DNA of 64,000 nt, from the NCBI GenBank assembly GCA_943788985.1, contig CALSSJ010000044.1, positions 36,660-100,659 of the forward strand, in the 5' to 3' direction. Shown in pieces: positions 8,769 through 18,909 of the stretch (its first letter is position 1; every line of letters begins with the position of its first letter). The stretch comes from an uncultured Lentisphaerales bacterium. Lineage in GTDB: Bacteria; Verrucomicrobiota; Lentisphaeria; JABSQK01; UBA12247. The notes beneath the pieces are model-generated. The model had not been told where the DNA came from. It worked only from the letters and a program-made list of their open reading frames with translations, and ran no database searches. The position numbers and the translations under genes are program-made.

Positions 8769-10805
8769 CTACTGTGAGGGCGGCGGCTGTTGACCAGCCG
8801 CTTCCCTCTTTTTCTGGGCAGCGCGCTCCCGCATCAGCCGCTGAAACTCTCTTGCCCGCTTGTTCCCGCTATTTTCTTCCTCAACTGTTTCGTCGACCTC
8901 GGGGCCCAGAAATTCTACCTCAACAGCAGCCTCAGTGTCCTCGGACGTGCCATCGATAGTCACTTCAACAATCTTAATTCTCCCGGTAGACTCGGGAAGC
9001 TCGAGTTTCTCCACACCGGAGATCACTGAGCTATGTCCCGCAGCTGGCATCTTGATAACCTCTCCCATCGTCTGCTCAGAATTCGGGAATTTCACCAACA
9101 CTTTGGTCTCATAGCTCCCAGAGACGCGCTCTCTTGGAGTCAGTCGGTACTGCAGCCAGTACTCGACATCGGCAAGAGTCTTACCGTATTGGTCCAAAGA
9201 GACCAGCTCTTTCGACAGGCCAGTCACGCGGGCCGGACGGGGAGAACGGGATGAGCGATAGCGTGAGCGCGGCGGCAGTTCCTCCTCTTCAGGCGTCTTC
9301 GTCGCTTCGCGCGAACTCCCTGGTTGCCCAACCCGCAACAGGCGATACTTCAACGCGTAGTAGCTCTGATGATCTAGTGACTTCGCATTCCTCCAACTTG
9401 TGAAGCCGTAAACTCTGCGGTTGTCACCCTGCACGGCAGTGGGAAATGCGATATCATCAAACGCCATTTTGATGACGGTCTTTCTGGGCAGCTTGTCTCC
9501 GACCGAGTCTGCGGCCCTTGCGCCCTCAGGCGTCAACCAGCGATAGGCCCGATCAAACGATTCACGAGATGCGGCGAGCTGCTCACGCTCGAGCCGAGCA
9601 GTAGCAATGCTCTGCTGCTCAGCGTTTGCCGTATCGTCCTCTTGCTCGCGAGCGACACGGGCAACCTTCTTCTCCTCAAAAATCTGACGCTGGATCTCAA
9701 TGGCGTATCGCTTCGCCAGGAGTGGTGCCTTGCCAAACTCATTGCGAATTTTAGCCGTCGGCGGCCGAATGCTATCCTCATTCAAACGGAACATGTATGT
9801 AATCTCACTTGTGCGCACGGGCTCCAGCAGCGGAATTGTCGCCTGCGCATTTGCACCAGGGCAGTGAATCACCGTCTTTCCATCGCGATCCAGACTCTTC
9901 TGCGTCCCATCGCACTCGGGGCATGGCTTCGAGTTCGTGCGACCTGGCGTAACATTTGTTGGCCGAGGCACCAGCAGCCAGCTCCCTACCTTGCTATCGA
10001 AACAGAAAATCTTCAGGCTCTTCGACAGCTTTGCGAGACTCCCTGGAACCTGCTCGCGCTTGAGCCGAAACCCGGCGCTCTTCCACTTTTCGCCACCATG
10101 AAACAGCTCTGAAGCTGCGACCACCTTGGAACCAATCAGCAGCATGAACTTCAGATTTTTGTCCGTGTTATTCACCAAGCGCGCCGAGAGATAGCTGCGG
10201 CTCGGATGATCGCGAATTTCCAACAGAATCGTACGGTCTCCCATGTGCTTCCGATAGCGGTACTCGCCATTGACCGCGAGCACTTGCCCAAAGAATTTCT
10301 CCGAGTACCCCGACTCGTGGATGAGCTTCTCCATCTCCACCGTCTCGCGACGGGCTCGTTTCTCAGCCAGCGATAGGCGCAACTCGTTCACCTCAAACGC
10401 AAGCCTTCCACGATTCATTCCGTAATAAAGGCGCTTCCAGTCAAGCTCATCGATGTCATCCTTCAGATAGGTCCGCTGGTCAATCCGTGCATACTTCTCC
10501 CGCTCAATCCCTTTAAAGACGCCACGAATGGTCTGAGTGCCCAGCCCCTTTCGCACCGTTACCACCACCATTTCGCCTACTGGAAACGGGGTATTCAGGC
10601 GCTTGACGAACTCCATATCCTGGCTGAACTCTTCATCCAGAATTGCCTTGATTTGCTCTTTCGCGTCTCCCTTGAACTGCTCGTACGCTGCAATCCGCAT
10701 GTCCACAGGCTCATTCGCGCACACAGTAAATATGCACAACATCAGCAATTGCATCAGGTACTTCACACAGCTACCCTCGTATTCTATTCCGAATTTCGTT
10801 GTCAC
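8769..10805 (-). CDS. Hypothetical exported protein; N-terminal half paralogous to the upstream ORF; contains CxxCxG..HC motif
   Basis: 678-aa ORF, hydrophobic N-terminal segment, 4-nt overlap with upstream ORF; exact start uncertain. Confidence 0.75.
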   Translation of the reverse strand: MTTKFGIEYEGSCVKYLMQLLMLCIFTVCANEPVDMRIAAYEQFKGDAKEQIKAILDEEFSQDMEFVKRLNTPFPVGEMVVVTVRKGLGTQTIRGVFKGIEREKYARIDQRTYLKDDIDELDWKRLYYGMNRGRLAFEVNELRLSLAEKRARRETVEMEKLIHESGYSEKFFGQVLAVNGEYRYRKHMGDRTILLEIRDHPSRSYLSARLVNNTDKNLKFMLLIGSKVVAASELFHGGEKWKSAGFRLKREQVPGSLAKLSKSLKIFCFDSKVGSWLLVPRPTNVTPGRTNSKPCPECDGTQKSLDRDGKTVIHCPGANAQATIPLLEPVRTSEITYMFRLNEDSIRPPTAKIRNEFGKAPLLAKRYAIEIQRQIFEEKKVARVAREQEDDTANAEQQSIATARLEREQLAASRESFDRAYRWLTPEGARAADSVGDKLPRKTVIKMAFDDIAFPTAVQGDNRRVYGFTSWRNAKSLDHQSYYALKYRLLRVGQPGSSREATKTPEEEELPPRSRYRSSRSPRPARVTGLSKELVSLDQYGKTLADVEYWLQYRLTPRERVSGSYETKVLVKFPNSEQTMGEVIKMPAAGHSSVISGVEKLELPESTGRIKIVEVTIDGTSEDTEAAVEVEFLGPEVDETVEEENSGNKRAREFQRLMRERAAQKKREAAGQQPPPSQ

Positions 10806-11989
10806 TCTTCGAGGCCTTGCAGAATTCCAAAATTCAGCTCAACAGGCTCGCCCTCTCTCTCCGTGTAATCGTCCGGGTAAATTTCGATCGGGACGATTTC
10901 GCCAAGTCCCTGCTCCTTCTCGGTCCTCGGCGCAAGGTCACGCGCGGTGCGGAGCTCCGAAGCACGCTTGACGATGCGCTGGAGCATGGCAACCACCTCG
11001 TTTTGATAGGCGATGGCCTCCACTCGCGCAGCCTCATAGTTCGCCTCCGAAAGTGGCTTGGCCAGCGGCACGGTCTGCACAGCGCCCGGCCTGTCATGCT
11101 CGACGATACTGAAGCTCAACTTCGCTTGAATCGCATGACGCCCATTACTGTCCGCGTCACGCGGTGTAAAGCCCGGGTTAACCGCCAAGCGCCAATAGCC
11201 TGCCTCGGACTGGTAGCACCAGATCTCTACGTTCGCTAGATCCTGTTCCGTGAAATCACCACCGAGATCGAGCGAAAGCGCCCGCATTGCCCCAGTCTTA
11301 GTCGAGACAACACTGATCGCTTTACGCCCAACCATTACGATTGGGTTGAACTGCGCTGCGTTGGACATGGTCCCGGTGACAAAACGGCTTCCCGTCACAC
11401 GTTGAAGCACCAGCGAAGCCTTTCCTTCCCCGAGATAGCTCCGCTCGCAGACACTGTCACCGGTTTGAATGTAGGTCGTGGCAAAAATATCCGGCTCCAA
11501 CAGCCCGCGCTCTTCGAACGCGCGCCGCACAAGAAACCGGCTTCGCTTATCAACCTCAGCGTTGATCGCATCCGACCGATTCTGCAACTCCAACTCGCGA
11601 TCCTCAGCCGTCTTAAAAAACGACCACTGCACATGCTCGCGCTCGGATTCCTCAATGTCCTGAATCAGTACCCGCTTATTGCTGACCTTGACATAGTCGT
11701 CACCGATCAGCCCATTCAGACGACCCGATATCGAGCGCGACCCCATCACTAACCGAAAACGAACCTGCTGGCCAATCTCCAGCGGCGTTGCCAGCCGTTC
11801 CAATTGCTCCCTCTCTTGGGAAAATTCACGTTTCAGGTCCCGTTCTGCCTGTGTGGTGGCGTTGTGCTGGAACTCAAGCAGCCACTGGACTGAGAGCACA
11901 CTATTCTGCCCACTCGACTGCACTGCCAAAAGAAAAGTTAGCCAAAGCGACAGGGTACACCAACGTCCATTGCTACACTTCGAAACCAT
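10802..11989 (-). CDS. Hypothetical exported protein, paralog of the downstream ORF
   Basis: 395-aa ORF with signal-peptide-like N-terminus (LWLTFLLAVQSSG). Confidence 0.75.
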   Translation of the reverse strand: MVSKCSNGRWCTLSLWLTFLLAVQSSGQNSVLSVQWLLEFQHNATTQAERDLKREFSQEREQLERLATPLEIGQQVRFRLVMGSRSISGRLNGLIGDDYVKVSNKRVLIQDIEESEREHVQWSFFKTAEDRELELQNRSDAINAEVDKRSRFLVRRAFEERGLLEPDIFATTYIQTGDSVCERSYLGEGKASLVLQRVTGSRFVTGTMSNAAQFNPIVMVGRKAISVVSTKTGAMRALSLDLGGDFTEQDLANVEIWCYQSEAGYWRLAVNPGFTPRDADSNGRHAIQAKLSFSIVEHDRPGAVQTVPLAKPLSEANYEAARVEAIAYQNEVVAMLQRIVKRASELRTARDLAPRTEKEQGLGEIVPIEIYPDDYTEREGEPVELNFGILQGLEE

Positions 11990-12051
11990 TCACGAATTCT
12001 CCGCATTTAAAACTACAGAACTGCGGTCTTACCATACTCCCAGCGCCCCAA

Positions 12052-12789
12052 TCACGCACATGGGTCTCGTAAGATCCGTACGAGGAGACGCGCGAAAAGT
12101 TGCGGTTGTTCCAAGTGCACGTTATGTCCCGCCTGTCCTACTATCGCTGCCCGGACGCCCGCATGCGCCATCTCCAAGCTCTTTGCAATCTCTGCATACC
12201 GCGGATCCAGCGCGCCAGCAATCCACCACACCGGGCACCCTAAAAGCCCCAGATCCTGCTGCAAATCCCCCTGCCCGCCCAGACTGAATGCCCGTAGCGC
12301 GCGGGACAGTTCCTGCGCATTCCCCGTCGCCCTGCGCTGCACCAAGTCAGCTCGCTGCACCACCACGCTCGCAAACAAATCCTGACCGTACCATTTTTGC
12401 AAGAACACATGTAACCCAAATTCGACCAATTCATCTGCCAGTGTCCGATCCGCCGCCAAACGCTCGGCGCGAACTGCGGGGTCCGCAATTCCAGGATTTG
12501 CGGACTCCGCAATCAGGCAGCGAAGGCCCTGTCCATCGTGAACCGCCCAATCCAGCGCCAACCGACCGCCTAGCGAATAGCCCAGCACTGCGAATTCGGC
12601 GAGCCCCAGCGCCGCCACTGTCTCCGCGAACGCCGCGCGAAACCAGGAAATCGAAGCATCTGCGGGGCAACTTGTCTGGCCATGTCCTGGCACAGTCAGG
12701 CAATAGGCATTCAATTCCGGCAGATCCCTGAGCAGCCGATCCCACTCTCCAGCGTCCCCCAGAAAGCCATGAACCAACAGCACCGGCAA
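12052..12789 (-). CDS. menH: SHCHC synthase-like alpha/beta hydrolase
   Basis: 'VHGFLG', 'GYSLGGRLA', 'ESANPG', 'FLQKWY.Q.LF', 'AGHNVHLEQP'. Confidence 0.8.
   Translation of the reverse strand: MPVLLVHGFLGDAGEWDRLLRDLPELNAYCLTVPGHGQTSCPADASISWFRAAFAETVAALGLAEFAVLGYSLGGRLALDWAVHDGQGLRCLIAESANPGIADPAVRAERLAADRTLADELVEFGLHVFLQKWYGQDLFASVVVQRADLVQRRATGNAQELSRALRAFSLGGQGDLQQDLGLLGCPVWWIAGALDPRYAEIAKSLEMAHAGVRAAIVGQAGHNVHLEQPQLFARLLVRILRDPCA
12498..12512. repeat. Dispersed palindrome TTGCGRASTYCGCAA, perfect copy
   Basis: TTGCGGACTCCGCAA (IAESAN); a 13/15 copy lies 24 bp away at 12474-12488. Confidence 0.9.
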
Positions 12790-12834
12790 TCCCGTGCCCG
12801 GCCCGCCGCGTCACCTCCAACGGAGTTCGCCCGA

Positions 12835-15025
12835 TCATGCGTCTACGTCCACCTGGAGCACCACGCCCGTTGGTGTCGGATAGGCGCGCAGCGCCTGCCG
12901 CAGAAAACGGCTCGTCTGCACCACGCGATCCGTGATGATCATCATCTCAAACCGGTATTGATTTCGCAGTCGAGCGACCGCACTGGGATATACCGGAGAC
13001 ACAGTCGCGGTGCCAACCAGCGGCTTGCCGATGTACTGGCGAAACTGCTCGCCCACCTGCTCAGCCTGTAACTCCTGTGGGCCCCGGATGTGAATCATAA
13101 TCAGACGCTTTGTGGGCGGCAGTTGCAGCTGACGCCGGGCCTCGATCTCATGCTCGTAGAATCCCGTATAATCCTGTTTTCGTCCCGCCTCCAGCACCGG
13201 ATGAAACGGCGTAAAGGTTTGCACGATCACCCGCCCCGGAAGATCTCCACGCCCAGCACGACCGGCCACCTGCACGATCAGCTGAAACGTTCGTTCCCCC
13301 GCCCGAAAATCCGTGAGATTCAAACTTAAATCAGCAAACACAATGCCCACCAAAGTGACATTGGGGAAATGTAGGCCCTTGGCGATCATCTGCGTACCGA
13401 TCAGAATATCGACCTCCCCAGCGCGAAAGGACGTGAGTGCCTTGCGATAGGAATCCTTTCCCGTCATCGTGTCCGAATCCATCCGCATCACTCGTGCATC
13501 CGGAAATGCACCGCGGGTCATCCGCTCCAGCTTCTGCGTCCCCAACCCGCCATAGCGTATCTCCTCCGAGCCACAGCCTGGGCACCGTACCGGCGGCGAT
13601 CGCAAGGCACCGCAGAGATGGCAGATCAACCGCTGATTGTGCCGGTGATACGTATAGCTGCAACTGCAGTCATCGCATTCAGCCACGTAATCACACTGCA
13701 TGCAGGTCAGACTACTGCTGTAACCCCGGCGGTTCAGAAACAAAATCACCTGCTCGCAATCGTCCAACGCCTTATGAATCCCGGCGCGCAGAGACGGCGA
13801 GAAAAAGTCGATCTGCCCTGTTGCCGCAGACTGTGCCCCCAGGTCCACCACGGCGATAGTCGGCAGCTCCGCATCATCAACGCGCTCGCTCAAGACTGCC
13901 AGCCCATACTTTCCCAGCTGCGCGTTGTGGTAGGTCTCAAGCGCCGGCGTTGCCGTCCCCAAGACTACCGCAGCCTTTTCCATCTTAGCCCCGCACCACG
14001 GCCACATCGCGAGCCTGATAACGAGGTGCCTTCCCCTGCTTATAGCTGGGCTCGTGCTCCTCATCCACAATGATCAGCCCCAGGCGGTGAAATGGCGCAA
14101 AGATCGCCGAACGCGTCCCGACCACGATGTCTACGTCACCACGGTTGATCGCGCACCACTGCTCAAAGCGCTCGCCGTCACTCAGGCGGCTGTGCATGAT
14201 ACTGACACGCTCGCCAAACCGGCCCCGGAACCGCTCCACCGTCTGCGGCGTCAACGCAATCTCCGGCACCAGTACGATCGCCTGCCGCTCCTGCTCCAAA
14301 CACACCGTGATCGCCTGCAGATACACCTCCGTTTTTCCGCTTCCCGTGATGCCAAACAGCAACGTAGGCTTCGGCTTCTCCGCCTTCAGCTCCACCAACA
14401 CCTGGTCGTAGGCAACGCGTTGCTGATCAGTCAGCGTAAGCGGCTCAGTCTGCATATACTGCAAGGCCGAGAATGGGTCGCGAGAGACAGCCTCCTCGCG
14501 TATCTCGATCAGCTTCTTTTCTTCCAAACGCTTCAAGCTCGGGCGCCCAACCCGCGCTTCTCGGCACAACGATGAAACCGTCATCCGATGGCGCTGCACC
14601 AAGCGTTTTAATGCCTCCGCCTGTCGTGGCGCGGATTGCTCCAGCCTCTGCAGCTCGTCTGGCAGCTTCTCGTTCGCGCATAGCGTTACGATCTGCTGCA
14701 TCTTCGGCTTCACCGATTGTGCCCGCACCGGTGCCGGCAACAACGCCCGCATCGCCTGTTCCCGATTGCAGCAATAATAATCTGCCATCCACTCCCCCAG
14801 CCTCACCAGCGAGGCCGGAATCCGCTCCAGAACCGCCAGGATTGGCGAGAGGTTTTTAGACGTGCTCGCCTCCTCCATGCCCACGACGTAGCCACGGCAC
14901 TCGCGGCGATTGAAGATCACCTGCACCAAGGCTCCTACCGCGACCTGGCCCTCGAGCCCCTCCGGGATTCCATAGTCCCAATGGCGGTCCAGCGACACAT
15001 CCACCAGGAGCTGCGCTACCTTCAT
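12835..15025 (-). CDS. priA: Primosomal protein N' (split by a single frameshift near 13990, probably an assembly error)
   Basis: N part: 'FGITGSGKTEVY', 'DEEHEPSYKQ'. C part: 'LGTATP', Cys-rich zinc module, 'GTQMIAKG', 'QVAGRAGRG'. One extra G at CGGGGCTAAG separates the frames. Confidence 0.93.
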
Positions 15026-15201
15026 TCGGCTAGCCCGGATATTTCATGTGATTTGTCACGATAGGGCCGAAGGTGCGTGGAGTCAGCCAGTTACGGAAGT
15101 GAGTCTGATACGTTCGTGTCGAGACACGTCGAGGCCAGCGAGCAGCGTAGGTCGCTGAATTTGCATGCATTAGGATTTTGCAGAAGAATCTCATGAATGA
15201 T

Positions 15202-15633
15202 TCAGGCTAGGGACTCGCCCGTCAGCGTCACGACAATCCGACGGCCGCCACCGCGAATGCGATGTTCGCACAAGTAAATGCCTTGCCAGGTCCCCAGCTG
15301 AAGCTTGCCGTTCCGAATCGGGATCGTCACCGACGGCCCCAGCAGAGATGCCTTGATATGAGCCGGCATGTCATCCGGCCCCTCATACCTATGCACAAAA
15401 AACGGCGTATCATCCGCCACAGCATGCCTAAAATATCGCTCGAAATCAGCGCGCACCGTCGGATCTGCATTCTCATTCAACGTCAACGCAGCCGAAGTAT
15501 GCTGGATAAAGACATGCGCCAGCCCAATTGCGAACTCCGCAATCTCCGGCACTTGACAGATCAGCTCGTCCGTCACCAGGTGAAACCCGCGGTCGCGACT
15601 CCGCAGCACGATCTGCCGTTGTGCCCAGCCCAT
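15202..15633 (-). CDS. yjbQ: YjbQ / UPF0047 family protein
   Basis: 'HTSAALTLNENADP', 'H..EGPDDMPAHIK', 'LGTWQGIYLCEHR'; TGATG coupling with mraY. Confidence 0.92.
   Translation of the reverse strand: MGWAQRQIVLRSRDRGFHLVTDELICQVPEIAEFAIGLAHVFIQHTSAALTLNENADPTVRADFERYFRHAVADDTPFFVHRYEGPDDMPAHIKASLLGPSVTIPIRNGKLQLGTWQGIYLCEHRIRGGGRRIVVTLTGESLA
15528..15542. repeat. Dispersed palindrome TTGCGRASTYCGCAA, perfect copy
   Basis: TTGCGAACTCCGCAA inside yjbQ (IAEFAI). Confidence 0.9.
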
Positions 15634-16767
15634 CAGCGCAGCTTCAATGTGGCGATACCGATCGCCGCACACAGCAGTGCCACGATCCAGAACCGAATCA
15701 CAATCTGCGTGTCAGCCCATTTATGATCACCACGATCCAGATGGTGATGATACGGCGTGCAGCGAAACGGTCGATAATCCACCTTCAAAATTCGCCGCGA
15801 GAGCTGGCTGCAGATCACCTGCAGAATCACTGACATCGCCTCGATCACGAACACCCCGCCGACAACCACCAACAGCAGTTCCTGCTTCACCAGCACCGCG
15901 ATCAGCCCCACGGCCCCGCCTAGCGCCAAGCTTCCCGTATCGCCCATGTACATGCTCGCCGGAAAACAATTGAACCACAGAAATCCCAACCCAGCGCCCA
16001 TAATCGCTCCCACGATCACCACCACCTCACTAGCCCCAGCCACATGCGGCACCAGCAAGTGTTCAGCAAACAGCCGATGCCCGCAGACGTAAGCAAACAC
16101 ACCGTACGCCGCCGTGCAGATCACCGTGCAGCCAATCGCTAACCCATCCTTACCATCCGTCAAATTCACCGCATTCGAGGAGCCCGTCACCACGATCGCG
16201 CCAAAAATCACAGCCACCCAAAGTGGCATCGACCAGATTGGCTGCTTGAAGAACGGCATGTAGAGCTGCTGCACATGCGCCCCGGCCTCCGGCAACCGAT
16301 CCAGCGCGTACACCGCCAGACAGCCGATCACCACCTGGGCCACCAGCTTCCAACGGCCAGCCAGACCTGAAATATCCGCTTTATGTACCTTCAGAAAGTC
16401 ATCTACAAAACCCACTACGCCCAGCGAAATCAGCAGGACCGCGAATACCGAGACCAGCCCGTTATCCCACCTTGCCCAGAGAAAGATCGAGTTTACCACC
16501 GCCATGATGATCAAGAGCCCACCCATCGTCGGCACCCCTTCATCCAGATTCTCACGCCCGGGATCGCGGCCACGGCCAGTCGCGTTCAACATCTTGAGGA
16601 AGCGGACAAACCATGGACTACAGACCATCATGATCGCAAACGCCATCGCCGCGGCCCCCGCTGCGCGAAATGTCACAAAGCGAAACAGCCGTAAAAAACT
16701 CAGCTCATCCACACCCGACAAAGGCCCGGCTGGGTCCGCAAAAAAAACTATACAAATAATAGAGCAC
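15633..16767 (-). CDS. mraY: Phospho-N-acetylmuramoyl-pentapeptide transferase (frameshift in T8 run near the 5' end)
   Basis: 'PTMGG', 'GFVDDFLK', 'SNAVNLTDGKDGLA', 'MGDTGSLALG', 'PYHHH'. The likely true N-terminus (GTG 16767, MLYYLYSFF) is in another frame, joined at the A8 run 16740-16747. Confidence 0.93.
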
Positions 16768-16977
16768 GCGCCCCTCGCCTGTGGTGAACCGCGCACAACC
16801 GGCGCGCGTCGTAGTTTGCGAAGTTCGCGACCGAATGCAAAGCAAAACCGACAACCCCGACCGCGCGAGTGCAGTCTCCGCCGAACTGAACCGCAAACCC
16901 CCTCGCGGTCTTGCATTGACCACGAACAGGCCGTATTTGTAAAAGCTGTATAACTCCCTTTGAAAAGGATCCGGATT

Positions 16978-17163
16978 ATGGGCGGATTAGGCGAATATTG
17001 GGTCGTGTTGGTGATTGTCGTACTGCTCTTCGGTGCTGGTGCAATTCCAAAGTTGGCAAAGGCGGTCGGCCAAGCCAAGCAGGAATTCAAGAAAGGCATC
17101 GACGAAGGCACAGACGAAACAGCCGAGAGCGATGACAAGAGTAAGGGCACGCTGGACACGTGA
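16978..17163 (+). CDS. tatA: Twin-arginine translocase TatA/E subunit
   Basis: TM helix followed by 'LLFGAGAIPKLAKAVGQAKQEFKKG'. Confidence 0.9.
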   Translation: MGGLGEYWVVLVIVVLLFGAGAIPKLAKAVGQAKQEFKKGIDEGTDETAESDDKSKGTLDT

Positions 17164-18108
17164 GCAACACCCGTGTCGGCGTCATCGGCGTGGGAGTTCT
17201 CGGGAACTTCCACGCAAAACTCTATCAGAACATTGACGACGCGGACTTGGTCGGGATCTACGACGCGAACCCGGAGCGAGCTGCCGAAATTGCAGCGGCT
17301 TACGGCTGCGCAGCGTTCGACGACATCACCACGCTCTGCCGCACCGCAGACGCAGTCAGCATCGCTGTGCCCACCGACCAACACTTTGACGTTGCCCAGA
17401 AGGCTCTCGCCGCTGGCAGCCATGTCCTCGTAGAAAAACCCATTACCGCCACCACAGCCGAGGGCGAACGGCTAGTGCGCCAGGCCAAAGACCTCGGCCT
17501 TGTCCTCCAAGTTGGCCATGTCGAGCGCTTCAATCCCGTCATCACCTACCTCGAGAAACACATCCAGCACCCGCGCTTCATCGAAGCGCATCGCCTGGCC
17601 TCCTTTCCGCCCGCCGCGTGTGGGGATGCTGCCGCGGGGCACCGAAGTCGGGGTCGTCCTTGACCTCATGATTCACGACATCGACATCATCCTTCATTCT
17701 GGTCCGTAGCGAAGTCGTCCAGGTCGACACCGTCGGCATCCCCGTCCTTAGCAAGACCGAGGACATTGCCAATGCCCCGCCTCCAGTTCTCCTGCGGCTG
17801 CGTCGCCAATCTTACCGCGAGCCGGGTCAGCCAAGAACCAGTGCGCAAAATCCGCGTTTTCCAGGAGGACGGCTACCTGTCTCTCGACTACCAGGAACGG
17901 AAGGGGCGAGATGGCCATCCTCGGCCCCGCAGGCGTCACCCGCCAGGAAGTGCCCATACACGACCACAACGCCCTACTTCAGGAACTCGTCGATTTTGTC
18001 GCTGCCGTACGCAGTCCGGCCCCATCGTCCCTGCCGTCACCGGCCAGCACGGCCTCAACGCCCTGCGCATCGCCGAACAAATCACCCCGGCAGATCGCCG
18101 AAGCGTGA
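17160..18108 (+). CDS. Gfo/Idh/MocA oxidoreductase (GnnA-like), broken by several frameshifts
   Basis: 'GVIGVGVLG', 'LVEKPI', 'QVGHVERFNP', 'DLMIHDID', 'ANLTASRVS' spread over ORFs 17160-17663, 17500-17709, 17766- and 17911-18108. Confidence 0.8.
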
Positions 18109-18786
18109 GTCTGCAGGCTCTCCAGGACCAAGTCGTTGCCTGCCGCAAATGCCCGCGGCTCATCGCCTGGTGCGAACATGTCGCTAGCCACAAGCGCGCT
18201 GCCTACCGCCGACGACGACTACTGGGGTGGCCCTGTCCCCGGCTTCGGCGATTTAGCAGCCCGCGTCCTCATCGTCGGCCTCGCCCCTGGTGCCCACGGC
18301 GCCAACCGCACCGGCCGCATGTTCACCGGAGACCGCTCCGGCGACTGGCTCTACCGCTCCCTTCACCGTGCTGAGTTCGCAAACCAGCCACACTCCATCG
18401 ATCGCAACGACGGACTCGTGCTCAGCGACGCCTTCATAACTGCTGGCGTGCGCTGCGCCCCGCCCGACAACAAGCCCACCACCGCGGAGCAAAACACCTG
18501 CCGCGCCTATCTGCAGCAAGAGCTCACCCTTATGCCCCAGCTTCGCGTCATCATCGCTCTTGGCGGGCTTGCCTGGAACAGCCTATTTCGAGCCCTTGCA
18601 GCCGTTGATCTTCACGACTCACCACGGCCCAAGTTTGGGCACGGTGCCGAAGTCAGCGTTGGCCCCTATCTGGTCATTGGCTGCTATCATCCCAGCCAGC
18701 AAAACACCTTTACCGGTCGGCTTACCGAGCCTATGCTAGACGCCGTTTTCCTTCGCGCCCGCGACATCATCCAGCCCCGCATTTGA
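18105..18786 (+). CDS. Uracil-DNA glycosylase family 5 (UdgB-like), one frameshift near 18208
   Basis: 'CRKCPRL' N-terminus from GTG 18105; 'GLAPGAHGANRTGRMFTGDRSG', 'RCAPPDNKP', 'YHPSQQNT'. Confidence 0.88.
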
Positions 18787-18909
18787 GTCCAAGTCGCCCT
18801 GCCCTTCCCTACAGACCGCCCGATAAACCGGCTGGGACCGCAGGCAACTCGCCTGCATCTGCGTGCGTGGGGCGCGCTAGCCTTCCTCCCTACCGGAGTC
18901 CTCTTTTCT

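Noticed and set aside
12835..15025. priA as two genes or a true pseudogene
   Set aside because: One extra base in a G run restores a full PriA with all motifs; no other clear decay.
16768..17423. Apparent ~220-aa N-terminal extension of MraY (596-aa ORF)
   Set aside because: Artefact of the T8 frameshift; the extension is antisense to tatA and the oxidoreductase, and a normal start exists at 16767.
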